DNA of 64,000 nucleotides from Nageia nagi. Its lineage: Eukaryota; Plantae; Pinophyta. Shown here piece by piece: positions 26,311 through 40,525 of the stretch; within the stretch, counting starts at the first letter, position 1; each line of letters starts with the position of its first letter. The DNA is taken from NCBI GenBank assembly GCA_050084985.1, contig JBITNC010000002.1, forward strand, positions 8,494,001 to 8,558,000. Reading direction: 5' to 3'. A program made the position numbers and the translations under genes. A model generated the notes under the pieces. That model had not been told where the DNA came from. It searched no databases and was given only the letters and a program-made list of their open reading frames with translations.

Positions 26311-26868
26311 AGATTATAAATAATCTCCATCTTATATATGTTGCTTGAATTTAGTGCATATCTCATTAAACCTCTCTTTGTATAGTATTTAATGTTTGAT
26401 GTTTACACTTTAAACATTGAATATCATAGAATTTAGGGGCTTTGTTGGTTCCTATCTAGGAATTAAAAAGTAAATAAGTCAGAATTATGTCCAACTTATC
26501 AAAATACTAATTTAAAACTACAAGCACATGTCAACATTGAGAAAATAACATAGTATAGAAGTAAGCATTAGGTAAGCATAATGAAAATTTAAGTATAATT
26601 AAATAAAATAACTTATCAAACTAGTAATTTAAAATCTATTTTAAAAGCATTAGGTATGTATAATTAACATTAATAAATGACATGAAATGATTGAAATTGC
26701 CATGAACCATTAACCTTACATATTTGTATAGGCATTATGAAGCTATATCCTAAGATTATAATAGAAATTTATATTCATCATATAATAAAATTATCAAGCA
26801 TAAAACCAAACTTTTTAACCTCTTTTAGCAATATTCTAGACTACCATGGGGATCAAAAAGGCAAAACT

Positions 26869-29800
26869 TGTGAACTTGCACATTACATTACTGAATGAAA
26901 TTACATGGTGTTATAGCTTCATAAAAGAAGCTATAGTACAAACATGATTGTTGCAAGTAAATACAAATAATAACCATGAAAACTAATCCTACAAACTACA
27001 ACCTCATAATCCATGTACAAACAATTATGGATTATTTATTTATGTCCAAATATATTCCCCTAGCTATAACAAACTTCAAAACGAAGTATGAAGACAAAAA
27101 AATCACAAAACAATAAGAAAACTAACAAACTACCATGCATAGTTTATGTATAGTATGGGTCAAGGTTTAGCAGATCAGTTGACTATTCGATTGAGTTAGA
27201 TAAATTGGTAGGCTAGTTAGTTACTGCTAGCTAAACCTGCACCACTTGCCTAGGAATAGAGAACTAGAGTTTTTTGAATTATGTGCTTTTGATAGTATTC
27301 AACTCTAACATTATCCCCCTTAATGCTGAGGGGACATACCAAAATGTTTCTTAGCTTCAATTTCAAGCTTTGAAAATGGCTTTGTTGAAAATATTAACTA
27401 CATTCTTTAAAGTATCAATATTTCTAAGCTCAACAATGTTCTTCTTCACCATGTCTCTTATGAAGTGATACTTCATATAAAAATGCTTTGACTTGCTATG
27501 GTGGAATGGATTTTATGCCAATTGGATGGCACTCTTGTTGTCATAATACAAAATAGTTGCACCACTTTGATTCTCACAAAGCTCCTCTAGAATCTTCCTC
27601 AACCATAATGCTTGGGCTCTAGCACTTGTGATTGTAATATACTCAGCTTCAATAGATGAAAGATCCATCGTACTTTATCTCTTTGAACTCCATATTATCA
27701 TATTTGAACCAAGGCTGAAGCATTAAATAGATGTGCTCTTCCTATCATCAATGTTTCTCCCCCTATCTAAATCACTATAACCAACAATATTGACACCTCC
27801 ATGCTTGATGTAATGGATACCAAAATCAATTGTTCCTTGAACATATCTCATAATTCTTTTTATTTCTTTCAAATGTGACTCAAATGGATCACTCATATAT
27901 CTATATATAAGTGATGTATTAAATGCTATATTGGGCCTAGTGTTTATGAGAAACATAAGACTCCCTATAATGGATCTATAAGTGGTTACATTGACTCTCA
28001 CTCCCCCATAATCCTTACAAAGTAGCTCACTATGAGAAATTGGATTGGGTAGTGGTTTACAACTTTCCATATCAAATTTCAACAACATATCTTTAGCATA
28101 ATTGCTTTGACATACAAATATTTCATCATTACATTGATAAACTTCTAATTCAAGGAAGTAGTGTATAATACCAAGGTCTTTCATTTCAAATTCATCCATC
28201 ATTTTTCTTTTGAATTCATCATTCAAGTTAGAATAACTACCCATATAAATCAAATAATCAACATATAAACAAACAATAAGTAGATCAATACCTTGCTTCA
28301 TGATGTAGAGGGTAGGTTCATTCTTGCTCCTTTCGAATCTATATTGCCAAAAGTAGCCATTTATCCTTGAGTACCATGCCCTTGGTGCTTGCTTTAGGCC
28401 ATACAAAGCTTTATTCAATTTGTAGACTAGATGTTCTTTCCCTCTGATGATGAAACCTTGAGGTTGCTCCACATAAACATCTTCTTTCAAGTATTCATTC
28501 AAAAATCCACTTTTCACATCCATGTGCATACTTTCCACCCTTTGTATGTAGCCAAAGAAAGGACCAACCTGGTTGTCTCTTGCCTTGATACCAATGCAAA
28601 ATTTTCCTCATAATCAATGCCAAATTTTTATTTAAAACCCTTGGAAACAAGCCTTGCTTTGTGCCTCTCAATAGTGCCATCACTATTGTACTTGGTCTTG
28701 TAGACCCATTTATAACCAATACATTTTTTATCCTTTGGAAGTTCAACAAGCTCCCAAGTTTCATTCTTTTCAATAGAATGCATTTCTTCCTCCATTTCCC
28801 TCAACCACAAATTATTAGTACAAGCATCTTCAAAATAAGTGGGCTCAACATCAATGTTAGCCATAAGTGCATAATTGACAATATCACCCCTATGATATTC
28901 ATTTTCATCATGTCCATACATATTCAAATTCTCAAGTCTAGATACAACATTAATTATTTCTTTTTTCTTGACTTCTTGTGAGTCTCTTTTGAAAATTTGA
29001 AGTAGGATGATTTGCCAATATTCTTTTCCACTTTTTAATATTTTCTTTTTCTTGGCTTAATGGACTTGAAGTATTTGGTGTGCTAGGTGAAAAAGGACTT
29101 GGCCATTGGTATGTTGAACATGTGCATTATTGGGCTGATCATTGTAAGAATATTCATTGGCTAATTCATCATCAACTATGAGTTTTTAATGACCATACCT
29201 TCACCTTCATCAAAAATTACATCTCTTGATATTACAATGCTCTTTTTTTTTGGATTGTATAATCTATATGCTTTAGAATTTTCACAATAACCCATAAAAA
29301 TACATGCTTGGCTTTTTGGATCAAGTTTTCTTCTTTTCTAATTAGGAATGTGTGCATATGTTAAACAACCAAAAACTCTAAAATGACCAACATTTGGCTT
29401 TCTTTCATACCATGCTTCATAAGCAGTGATTCCTTCCAATGATTTAGTTGGGCTTCTATTAAGGATGTAAACAATTGGTCTACATGCATTGGCCCAATAC
29501 ATATAAATCAAATATTTTGAATGTAACATGCTTCTTGCCATATTCATAATTGTCCTATTTTTTCTTTCACATGCACCATTTTGTTGAGGAGTAAAACCTA
29601 TAATAAATTGCCTTTTAATTCCACAATCTTTGCAAAACTTTGTGAATTCATTTGATATCTAATCCCCTCCTCTATCATTCCTTAAATAATTTATATAATA
29701 TCCACTTTGATTTTCCACATTATTCTTGAATTCCATAAAACAACCAAAAGCTTGATCTTTTTTTTAAGAAATAAATCCAACACATTCTTGAGAAATCATC

Positions 29801-32800
29801 AATGAAAGTGAGGAAATAGGAATTCATACCCATGCTCTTTGTTTGCACTAGTTCACATATATCTAAATGCACCAATTTAAGAAGATAAGAGGATATCCAT
29901 GTTTGGCCTCTTGGAAAGCTCAATCTATGGTGCTTTCTCAAAGCACACGCTTCACACACTTCTTTGCACCATCCACCTTTGGTAGCCCATGTACCATTTG
30001 ATGAGATGTCAAAAGTTTCAAACTTGAATGATTGAGATGCCCATGTCTCAAATGCTACAACCAACCTTTATTTTCAATAGACACATTAGCAAGTGCATCC
30101 CCTTGGCCATCAAATTCTATAGAAAATAGCCTATTCTTACTCATTGTTATTGTTGTAACAAGCTTATTGCCTCTATTTTTATCATAAATTACACATCTTC
30201 CTTCATAAAAAACAAGCATGTAATTGTTGTCCATCATTTTCCCAATACTTAACAAATTGTGTTGAAGTTTGGGAATATAGTAAATATCATTTATATTTTT
30301 TATTCCTTCCTTGTTTGGAACCTCCATGGCACCCACACCTTCAACTTGCAATGTGTTATTATCACCAATTTTGATCTTTGATTTGAAGGAGTCATAAATT
30401 TGATAAAATAGCTTACCTTTGTCAATCATGTGGTTGGATGCTCCCAAATCAAGTAGCCATATCTCTTGCATGCTTGGATCAACCTTCCCAAATGTCAAAA
30501 ATAAATTTGCATCTTCCTTTCCATAGTTTGCACTTCTCCCTTCTTGAGAAGCCTTCAATCTACAATCTCTCTCATAGTGCCCAAATTTATGGCAATAGTA
30601 ACATTACTTGTTAGATTTGTCACTTGCATTGGAATTTTGGTGTTGTTGGCCTCCTTGGCCTCTTCCATTGCTTCTACCTTGGACTCTACCTTTTGCAGCA
30701 CATCTCCTTCCTCTTCCTCTTCCTCTTCCTTGGCCTCTACCTTGACTACTCACATTGGCTTCTCCTTCTTTGGATGCAAAAGCCTTATCATCACCACCTC
30801 CAATGCTTGAAGATGGTGAATATTGTAGTATTTCTTCATGGGACATGATTGAACCAATAATTTGATTATAAGTGAGAGTAGAAATATTTTTTCTCTTTTC
30901 AATAATGATTGCAACATGGTTCCACTTTGGAAGAAGAGATCTCAAAACTTTCTTCATAACCACTTCATTTGCAATTGTTTATCTAAGTGTCTTCATTTTT
31001 TTGACACATGATTGCACTCTAACATAATAATCACTAACATTCGCATCATTTTGCATCTTGAGATTGTCAAAATCTCTCTTGAGAGTTTGAATTCCCACTT
31101 GCTTCCCTTGATTGCTACCTTGGTATTTATCCTTCAAAGCCTTACATGCATCATTTGCTTATGTACATGAAGAGATCCTTGGAAATATTCTCTTACACAA
31201 GGCCATTTGAAGATAATACAAGTCATAAGAATTCTTCTTTTGTACTTCCTTTTTTGAATTCTTATCAACCCCTTGCAAGGCATTCCAATCACTTAGCTCT
31301 TAATAGCCATCTTCAACAATCTCCCAAAATACTTTTACAATGAGTAATGTCTTCATTTTGATAGACCAATACTCATAATCTTCTCCAAAAAACTCAAGAA
31401 TTGGTGATGAAGAGTTATTGCTATTTGAATCCATTCTTCAATGCTCAAATGCAAAAATTGGGAAATGAAACTTGAAGATGCTTGATAAGTCTCTCCAAAA
31501 TTCACCCACTCGAACCCAAATGGATTCAATATCTCTGATACCATAATGTGAACTTGCATATTACATTACTAAATGAAATTACATAGCTTTATAGGTTCAT
31601 AGAAGAAGCTACAATACAAACATGATTGTTGTAGGCAAATACAAAGAATAACCATGAAAAATAATCCTAAAAATTCCAACATCGCAATCCATGTACAACA
31701 AGTATGGATTATTTATTTACATCCAAATATATTTCGCTAGTTATAAAAAACTTAAGGTATCAAATGATACCCTTAAGTATTAGTGAACTTACATAGAATA
31801 TTATTACATAACCTTTACAATAATGCATTATAAATTCCAATACTCCCCTTTAATGCAATATTGAGATAGAGCAAAAAAGAGAGAAGGAAGAGAGAAAGTA
31901 AGAGAGTTCTCCTCCAAATAGATATAACAAATATAAGAAATTTTTACATATTTGTGAAAGAAGAAAGATCTAGTTTAAGACTCACTACTTTGTCAAATAT
32001 AATTATTAACCATAACCAGTTTCAATGTACATGAATTAGTCATTCAATTGTAAGTCATGAAGAGTCTCCAAGACCCTATATACTTGCAATCTCAAAGGAA
32101 CCTACAAGTCATAAGTAGCTCAAATAACAAGATTAGTTGGATGCAACATATTCATATCAACTAGGATAGATAAATCACACAAATGCCATCATGAACTAAT
32201 CAATGGTGAACTATAAGTCATCACAAAGATGCAAAGCCAAAAATCATAGTCACTTGCTATATATAAAATATATGTTGATTATCATTACAAAATAGAGCAT
32301 GCACATACGAGTTCTTCACATATGGATAACTAAATAGTGTCAAAATACATATAAGAGTTTCTCATGCATGGATAATTTAATAGTGCTATATTGTCCAATC
32401 TTTTTTGCTTTTAAAAATTTATACAATAAGTTCCTCACATAGAGCGAAATTACCATGAAGGTGTACAACCAAAACTCAACACTATATAGCACAAAACCCT
32501 CCTAGGGGTGAAGTTGTCATCACAATTATGAATTCAACACAAGAATTAAAATTTCACTCCTCTTTGAGGGTAACTTCACCAATCTGATAGCATCCTTAAG
32601 CTTACAGAATTAAACTTCCAAGAGGGGCTTGGTGAACAAATCAGTGGAGTTCAAGGTGGATGGAAAATACTCCAGGTGTATGATGCCATCAAGAACCTTA
32701 TCCCTATTAAAATGGGCATGAATTTCCATATGTTTTACTCTAAAGGAGCATAAAATTCTTATCCAAAGAAATAGCCAAGTGATTTTCTAAAGAAATCAAA

Positions 32801-35800
32801 AATGAGCCACCTTGCTCATACCTAATTTCTTTCAGAAGATGCCTTAGCCAAATGGCTTCTTGCATTGCAACAAACATGGCATAGTATTTAGCTTTTGTGG
32901 TGGAAAAATAAATAATAGGTTACTTCTTGTAAGCCCAAGAGATAGCATCTAAACCAATGCTAAACACATACATAGAGGTTGATTTCCTATCATCTCTATC
33001 TCCCTCATAGTCAAAATCTAAGAATTCAAAGAGAACAAATGAGGGCAACTTAGAATATTTGAGAGCAAGATCTTTAGTCCTTGCAACATACCTTAAGATT
33101 TTTTTAATAGCATTGAGATGCTCAACATATGGTTTTTGCATGAATCATGCCATCAGATTCACTGCAAAGGCAATATCTAGCTTGGATATAGTCAAATACA
33201 AAAGACTACCAATTAATTACCTATAAGTTGTAACATTAGCTAACTAAGAGTTGGAGTTCAAAGAAATTATGATTCTAAGAGAGACTGGGATTACAACATA
33301 TCTACATTCATCCATTCCAAACTTTTATAAGATATTTGATGTATATTTAGATTGATTGAGATAAGTACAATCCTTGTATTGATACACTTGCATTCTAAGA
33401 TAGTAGTGCAAGAGACCAAGATCAATCATTTAAAATATTGCTTTAAGTTTGTATATGCACTCTTGAATGATTTCTTCATTGTTCCTAGTTATTAGAAGAT
33501 CATCCACATAAAAGAGAATCAATACTACATCTTTTCCCTCATTGAGCACATATAGATTGGAGCTAGAAAAACACTTAGAGAAACCAATGTTAGTAAAATA
33601 CCTTGAAATCTTCTTATACTAGGCTCTAGGTGCTTGTTTAAGTCTATATAATGACTTCTTTAGCTTGCACACAAAGTCCTCTTTGCCTTCCACAATGAAC
33701 CCTTCTATCTAATTCATAAAGATTTCCACATCTAAGTCACCATTGAGAAATGGACTTTTGATGTTAATTTAAAAAACTTTCCATCCTTGAGCTACAGAAA
33801 GAGCAAGGATAATTCTCATAGTAGACATCTTTACCATGGGAGCAAAGGTTTTCTCATAATCTACATTATATTTCTAAGCAAAACCTTTAGCTACTAACCT
33901 TACCTTGTATTTTTCAATATCTCTAACTGAATTGAACTTGATCTTGTAGATCCACTTATTGCCAATCACATTCTTCTCATTGGGATAAGGAACCAAATCC
34001 CAAGTTTTATTTTTCATAAGTGTCTCATACTCCACTTTCATGGCTTCCATCCAACACTCATGCTTATAAGCTTTTTTTAAGGTTGAAAGCTCATGCTTGT
34101 TATCAATCTTGGAAAATAAAGATTTGTTCAAGGTCATGTTCCTTGTTACCCTTTGAGTTGGAGAGTTTTATTACTAAGGTGACTTGTTTACATCAATATC
34201 TAATAGCTAGGTGCTATTGAAGACTCCTCTGGATCATCAACATCCTTATTAGAAACATATTCTTCAAGAAGTTCATTGAACTTTACATCCTTTGAAATAA
34301 ACATAGCTTTGTAGGATGAAGAGTAAAGTCTATAGCCTCTATGCTGACTATCATAACCTATAAAGATGCATTTTTCAACTCTTTTTTCTAACTTCTTCCT
34401 TTTTTCAAAAATAATGTAGGAGAATGCTTCACAACCAAACACCCTAAAGTGTGAAATGTGTGGTTTTCTTCCTAACCATGCCTCAAAACTAGTTTTACCC
34501 TAAACAGCTTATGTGGGACACCTATTCAAGGTGTAAATAGTAATGCTTACTGTTTCACTCCATAAGAAACTAGTAAGATTACCCAACATACATCTAGCCA
34601 TTTCTATAATTTTCCTATTTTTCTTTTCGACAACACCATTTTGCTGAGGAGTGTAAGGAATCATAAACTACCTCTTGATTCCATATTTAGCACAATAGTC
34701 ATAGAACTCATTGCTATTATATTCTCTCCCATATCTAATCTTAAAATCTTGATTTTAAGGTTAGTTTGATTCTCAATAAAGAACTTTAAAACTCTCAAAG
34801 GTTTGATCCTTGTGCTCAAGTAGATACCTAAAGGTCATCCTACTAAAATCATCAATGAAGGTTAAGATGTAAGATGCTCTTTCAAGCAACTTAGTTTGAA
34901 ACAAACTCATGAAATCTGAATGCACATGTTGAAGAGGTTGAGATGCTCTTATTACCTTATCTTTTTAAAACTTTTATCTATGCATCTTATTAGGAATGCA
35001 CTTCTCACATAGACCAATCAAAGGAGAAATTAAAGGAAAACCTCCCATAAGTTCTTGATCTTTCATGACTTGAATACTCTTATGGTTAAGGTGCCCTAAA
35101 CATTGGTGCCAAATATTACCTCTAGAACACACACTTATAGCAAGACACATCTTTGATAGAACTTGATCTACAATGTAGAGATCATCTTTCACTAATCCTT
35201 TAACCAATGTGGCAAGTCCTTTCCTAATGCACCAAGATTGAGAGTCAAACTCAAAAGAGTACCCTTTCCTAGCAACTTGGATCATAGAGAGAAGGTTCAT
35301 CCTAAGTTAAAAATATAGAGCATATTTTTAAAAACCTTCCCATGAATCAACACACTTACAATTCCTTGGACTTCAAGGGTAGAGTTATCACCTATCATAA
35401 TCGTATCTTTTCTTGTGAAAGTTCTCAAACTTATCCTTTTCAAAGCATAGGTGATTAGTGCAATCAAAGTTAATAATCCGAAAAAGTGTGAGACATGGAG
35501 TAGAGCATAGTAGTAAAACTAGCTTGAATATTCTTCTTTCCTTTGAAGTTCTTTACATTTTCATTACCTTTGTTCTTTTCCTCTTTTTTTTTTTTGTACT
35601 AATCAACTTCTTTATGACCTTGGATGCCATAATAGTTACAATTACCATCAAACTTTTCCTTAGGATATGGATTGTTTGCTTTGCCTTTTCTATCTCTTTA
35701 CTTGAAATGGTTGTTGTTATCATTGTTCTTATTATTGCTGTTGTTGTTGTTCCTATTGTTGCCATTGTTCCTACTATTGTAGCCATTTCCTCTTTTCTCA

Positions 35801-38800
35801 AACCTTTTGGAGGAAGAAAGATAAGATTTCTTTTGATAGTTGAACTTCTTCTTGAAAGGAGTTTTGATTTCTTCAAGAGAAACATTATTATCCTTAGGAA
35901 AAGAAATCAACACCTTTTTGTTAATAATTTCCTCATGCTTCAAAAGGAGCTTAGAAAGGTTCTCAAGGGAGAATACTTCTTCTTCATCATCAAGCCTTGT
36001 TTCCATAACCATAAAAAAAATTTCAAACTTTGAAGAAAGGCTTTGAAGAATGATGAAGACCACTAACTCATCATTGATCCAATTACACCCGTAAACAACA
36101 AATTAGGTCCTTAGGTCAATGATTTTGTTCAAGTAGATAGCCATATTTTCATCTTCCCCTTGATGAGATTGAAGAAAATTTTGGAGAATAGTAAACCTTC
36201 TTGAAAAATTTGAACCAAGGTAGATTTTCTTAAGCTTATCCCAAGCTTTTTTTGTTAAGGTTGAAGAGGAAATCATTAGGAGGACATCATCTAAAACTAC
36301 ATGAAAGATCATAGAGGTTGCCAACTCATTCTTTATGCTGTAAGCCTCTAGTGCCTTTTCATTTGTAGGAGGTACAAGGTTTTCAATCACTATTTGTCAA
36401 AGCTTCCTTGCTTGTAATTCAGCTCTCATTCGACATTCTCAAATACCAAAGTTGGAACCATCAAGAATATGTTTGGGTAAAAAGGAGTCTCCCATTTGCT
36501 TCATAAGAATATGAAAAAAATAATAATAAGCATGTCATTTAACAAATAACATTACATGTTACATTTAATTAACTAAGGCATGCTTGATTTGATTCATAAG
36601 TGAAAATATTTTACAACTCAAATAATAATCCATGTACCTAAATACATTTCTCATCTCAAGAATCATAGATGTAGAATGACATTATTGAGGATTGTTTTCT
36701 TATCTAAAATTAGGCCTTCACCTGGATGCCCACACAAAAGGAGCCCAAGTACTACCAATCCTCAACCAATTCACCTTGGTCAGTATTATACTTTCTCACA
36801 AGGAGAAGTACCTACTATTTTCTAAAGTTATGATGTTTATTAGATCGACCAAATTATTAATTTTGATTAGGTTTCAAGTTATCCTCTTAGGTTATTAGGA
36901 TAATCCCTGAATGGACATGCAAACATGTGGTATCACTACACATATGCCTATCCACCTATTGGAGTTATGTCCAGACCAACAAAGAACTTAGGGAAAATTC
37001 AGAAGTAAAAACTTTTCACCATTTGGATTATCAAACTTAAAGGATCCATTCCACTTGTCCTCACCTCATGGCTCCCCAAACAAGTCATGTTGTGTAATGT
37101 ACATGTGGATGTGTTCATTTTAGGAGGTTATTCATTTCAATGTTTGCATAAACAAATAAATCAAAATGTGAAACATGAAGTAAAGAGCATAAGTAAAATA
37201 TCATCCATTCAAAACTTGAAACCTAAGTGTCTAATGGGTTTTGTTTACTAACCCCTAAAGGACATCTTTACATCATTCCTTAATTTGCACAAGTCCATTA
37301 CATACTTTACATAAGAAAAAAAAAATTAGGGAGTCATCAAAGATTTTTAAAATGCATCATTCCTATAACTAAAAAAATTAATTAATAAGTAAGCATCATT
37401 CCCATAACTTCAAAATTTTAAGTAAAATATCCCATCAAATATTCCATGCATTATTTAACTTGCATAAGCCCATCCCATCACTTTGCATAAGGAAAAAAAA
37501 TCATAAAATTTTTCCCTTTTATTTTTTTACTTAAAATCAATAGCATTAGTAAAAAAAAATACCTCTTTTACTTAAATAATATGAGAAGGTAAAATGCTAC
37601 ATTATCTAAGTTTCAACTTACTAAATAGATTCAAGTAGCCAAAGTAGGATCCCTTAATAATTTGTCTCCCCCCTTTTTTGTTAAGGCTAAAAATACTTTC
37701 AAAGTACTTAAGAAAAAGATAACCTTAGTATAAAAAAAAATTCTTCCTTTAACACTTTAAATGTTAAGAAGAGATCTTTTAGAAAGTACTAAAACTATCA
37801 AGTGTTTATTTTAAGCCTTAAAAAAGTATTTCTACCCTCCCTAAAAAAAAGTAATTCCTTAAATTTTAAAGAGGTAAAAAAATGCATCCCCAAAAAAAAA
37901 AAGGAAATTATTGTCAAAGGAAAAAATAATAAATGGGAGACTAGAGAAATTACTCTTCCTCCTGCAAGAAATTATATGTATACAAGTGATCCATTCTTCA
38001 CTCAATTAAAAATTGAATAGCTAATGAGTGCTCACAATTAAATGCAAGTAAAGTAGGTGAGAATTTCATGCATCAATTTTGACCAAGAAGAGAAGCCATT
38101 AATTTTTTTTTAAATGAAAGAAGCCACAAAGAGGAGGCATGTGGCTGAGTATGCATGTAGAGGGAGAGAGGCTACGAGGGCCAAAGTGGACCATGAGGTT
38201 AGATGAGGAGAGTGCTCACAAAGGGTTTTCACTTGAATGTTGTTGTGATGAGTGCTCTATTAGACATGTATGCTAAGTTTGGGATGGAAATGAAGTAGTA
38301 CCAATGCAGAAGAAGAGAGAGGAGTTGCTCACCCAAAGATTTTAGATAGCTCAAAGGAGATATCAATCATGTCAGGTAGAGGAGAGCTCAACTGCATGAA
38401 AGGGTGAGAGGGCCATGAAGTGAGGGGAAGGTCAGAGTGAGATAGAGGAGGATGATCATGATGAGATGATTATGCTACTCACACCATGTCTTAAGCTATA
38501 GCAAATAAGGAGGGAGTTCATCATATGGAGGAGGCCTCATAGAGTGAGAGCCACACTCCTACATGAGGAAGGAGGAGGAAGCACTACCAAGATAGTTGGG
38601 TGATGAAAGGACCAACAAGTGTGCACATTCAAGTGAACATAGCAGAGGTGAAGTGGAGCAGGTGCATTCCCAAAATGCCATAAATTGGAAAAATTTCTAA
38701 GAGGATCGATGGTGATGGCCTCACCCCTATTAGTTTACATCCAAATCCTACTAGTGGTGCTCCTCTTAGCACTCTATTATCTTGGCTGAGCAGTGTTGGG

Positions 38801-40355
38801 ATAGACTAAAAGCAAATACAACTTCATAGAATGTAAGGAGGAGAGAGCCACGAGGACCACAAGGAGAAGAGAGAAGTTCACATCATGAGCTAACATCAAG
38901 TGGAAGAAGGGGCCAAGCAATTATTGAAAGGGGTCATGGTTAAGCAAGGTCAACATAAGCACGAGGATAAAGAAGCCTCCTTTACATAGCCTACAAATGA
39001 ACTATGATTGAGAAGGGTTTGGAGGTAGGAGTGCTCCACCACCATGGAGCGTAGGTTGGAGGGAAGACACAAGTACGAGAAGGTCAATTTATTATTGGTT
39101 AGGTGTGTGGTAGAGTGAGAAGACTAGTTTGAAAGACTCATTTACTTGTAGACATTTTTTTACCATTGGACCTTCTCTTAGTGACATAACACATTTAAAA
39201 AAAATAAGGATAGCGGAAATAATCTTAAGCTTCCAAAAAAATTGTAAATATATATTTTATTTTTACAAATATATATAAATGATACCCTCTTTTTAGTTTG
39301 AAATAAAAACCATTGTGAACTAATTACCTCCTTTTTTTTAAAGCATATTTTGTAGTATTACAAATTAATATTACTTTTGTAATATTACACAAATTTTATA
39401 TAATAAATTTTCCTAAAAAAATGTAGCAATTAAAAAAAAATTGCAAGTAATCATAGAAGGTTAGCATAAACTAAAAAAAATTGCAATTTTTTTAGCCATA
39501 TTATGCTCAAAAGAACTAACACATAGGAAATACTATATTAGTAGCATGGTGCAACAATCAAAAAATAATTAACCAAGGGGGAAGGAATTTATACCTTCTT
39601 TTAGTGTTACCTCAATAATGAAATGAAGATATGAGGTGTATAATGAGGAATGAAGATCACCAAGTTGTAGAAGAAGAGCCTCAACACCAAGCTCTGATAC
39701 TAAATGCGAGAATTGAACTATAACATGAACAACTCTAAACTCCCAAGATCACATGAAAGCTCATACTAACATCAAGATAACCTAAGAAGACAATCTCATA
39801 AAGTGACACAAGATGTAAGTGGTTCCTCCAACTAGGAGTACATCCACTAACTAGATCTCACTTCATTCACAAACATGAATCTCTTACAATTCTCCTAATT
39901 CTCAACTCCTAAACACTATCTTCTAGCATAACTTTACTCCACAAATTGGTGTATGATCACAAAGAGGGAGCTTCTATTTATAGGAAAAAATTCCTCTTTG
40001 GATCACCCTTTTGACCAATGTACAAAAGCATGACATGCACATCCTTTTACCCAAGGGGCATGCTCATGACATGGAGTGTAGGACAAGTTACATTATCATA
40101 TTCACTTAAATACTTAAGGTATAAAATGATACCCTTAAGTATTAGTGAACTTACATAGAAGATTATTACATAACCTTTACAATAATGCATCATAAATTCC
40201 AACATAGTAGATCGATTGACTAGCCGGTAGGTCGATTGAGTCAAATGGACTGATAGGCCAGTTAGTTACTGCTAGCCAAACTTGTACCACTCAGCTAGGA
40301 ACAAAGAGCTAGAGTTTCTTAAATTATGTGCTTTTGATGGTCTTCAACTCTAACA
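26869..40355 (-). mobile_element. Ty1/copia element A (degenerate), 5' LTR interrupted by Copia B
   Basis: Perfect TSD AAACT at 26864-26868 and 40356-40360. 3' LTR at 26869-27310; 5' LTR split into 31547-31750 and 40205-40355. PBS TGGTATCAGAG at 31533-31543 (minus); PPT TAAGGGGGATAA at about 27311-27322. gag-PR-INT-RT-RH at about 31430-27330 ([44 protein letters not shown]). Confidence 0.93.
31751..40204 (-). mobile_element. Ty1/copia element B nested in the 5' LTR of element A
   Basis: 5' LTR at 39705-40204; decayed Met PBS TAGTATCAGAGC at 39691-39702; ~3.2-kb leader. gag-pol at about 36500-32580 (LDGSNFG, WHQCLGHLN, KWIYKIK..KYKVRLVAKG, LYVDD, DRDDRKST). PPT at about 31843-31852; 3' LTR truncated to 31751-31842. 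Confidence 0.9.
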
Positions 40356-40399
40356 AAACTATTTTATATCTTAATAACATATTTTCTTATCATTTGAAA

Positions 40400-40525
40400 A
40401 GGCCCTAAGATATATATGAAAAATGTAGGTTTTCTAGAAAAAGGCCCTAAGATATGTATGAAAAATGTAAGAAGAATACACAAGGCATGAAAAGTATTTG
40501 ACAAGATGCATGATGTAAATACAAA
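40400..40525 (+). pseudogene. PPR motif fragment (partly duplicated)
   Basis: DMYEKC..IHKA*KVFDKMHDVN; AAAAGGCCCTAAGATAT(A/G)TATGAAAAATGTA occurs twice. Confidence 0.6.

Noticed and set aside
35458-36063. Hydrophobic 191-aa 'membrane protein' and Asn-rich ORF
   Set aside because: Antisense and sense readings of the low-complexity AAC/AAT-rich part of Copia B gag.
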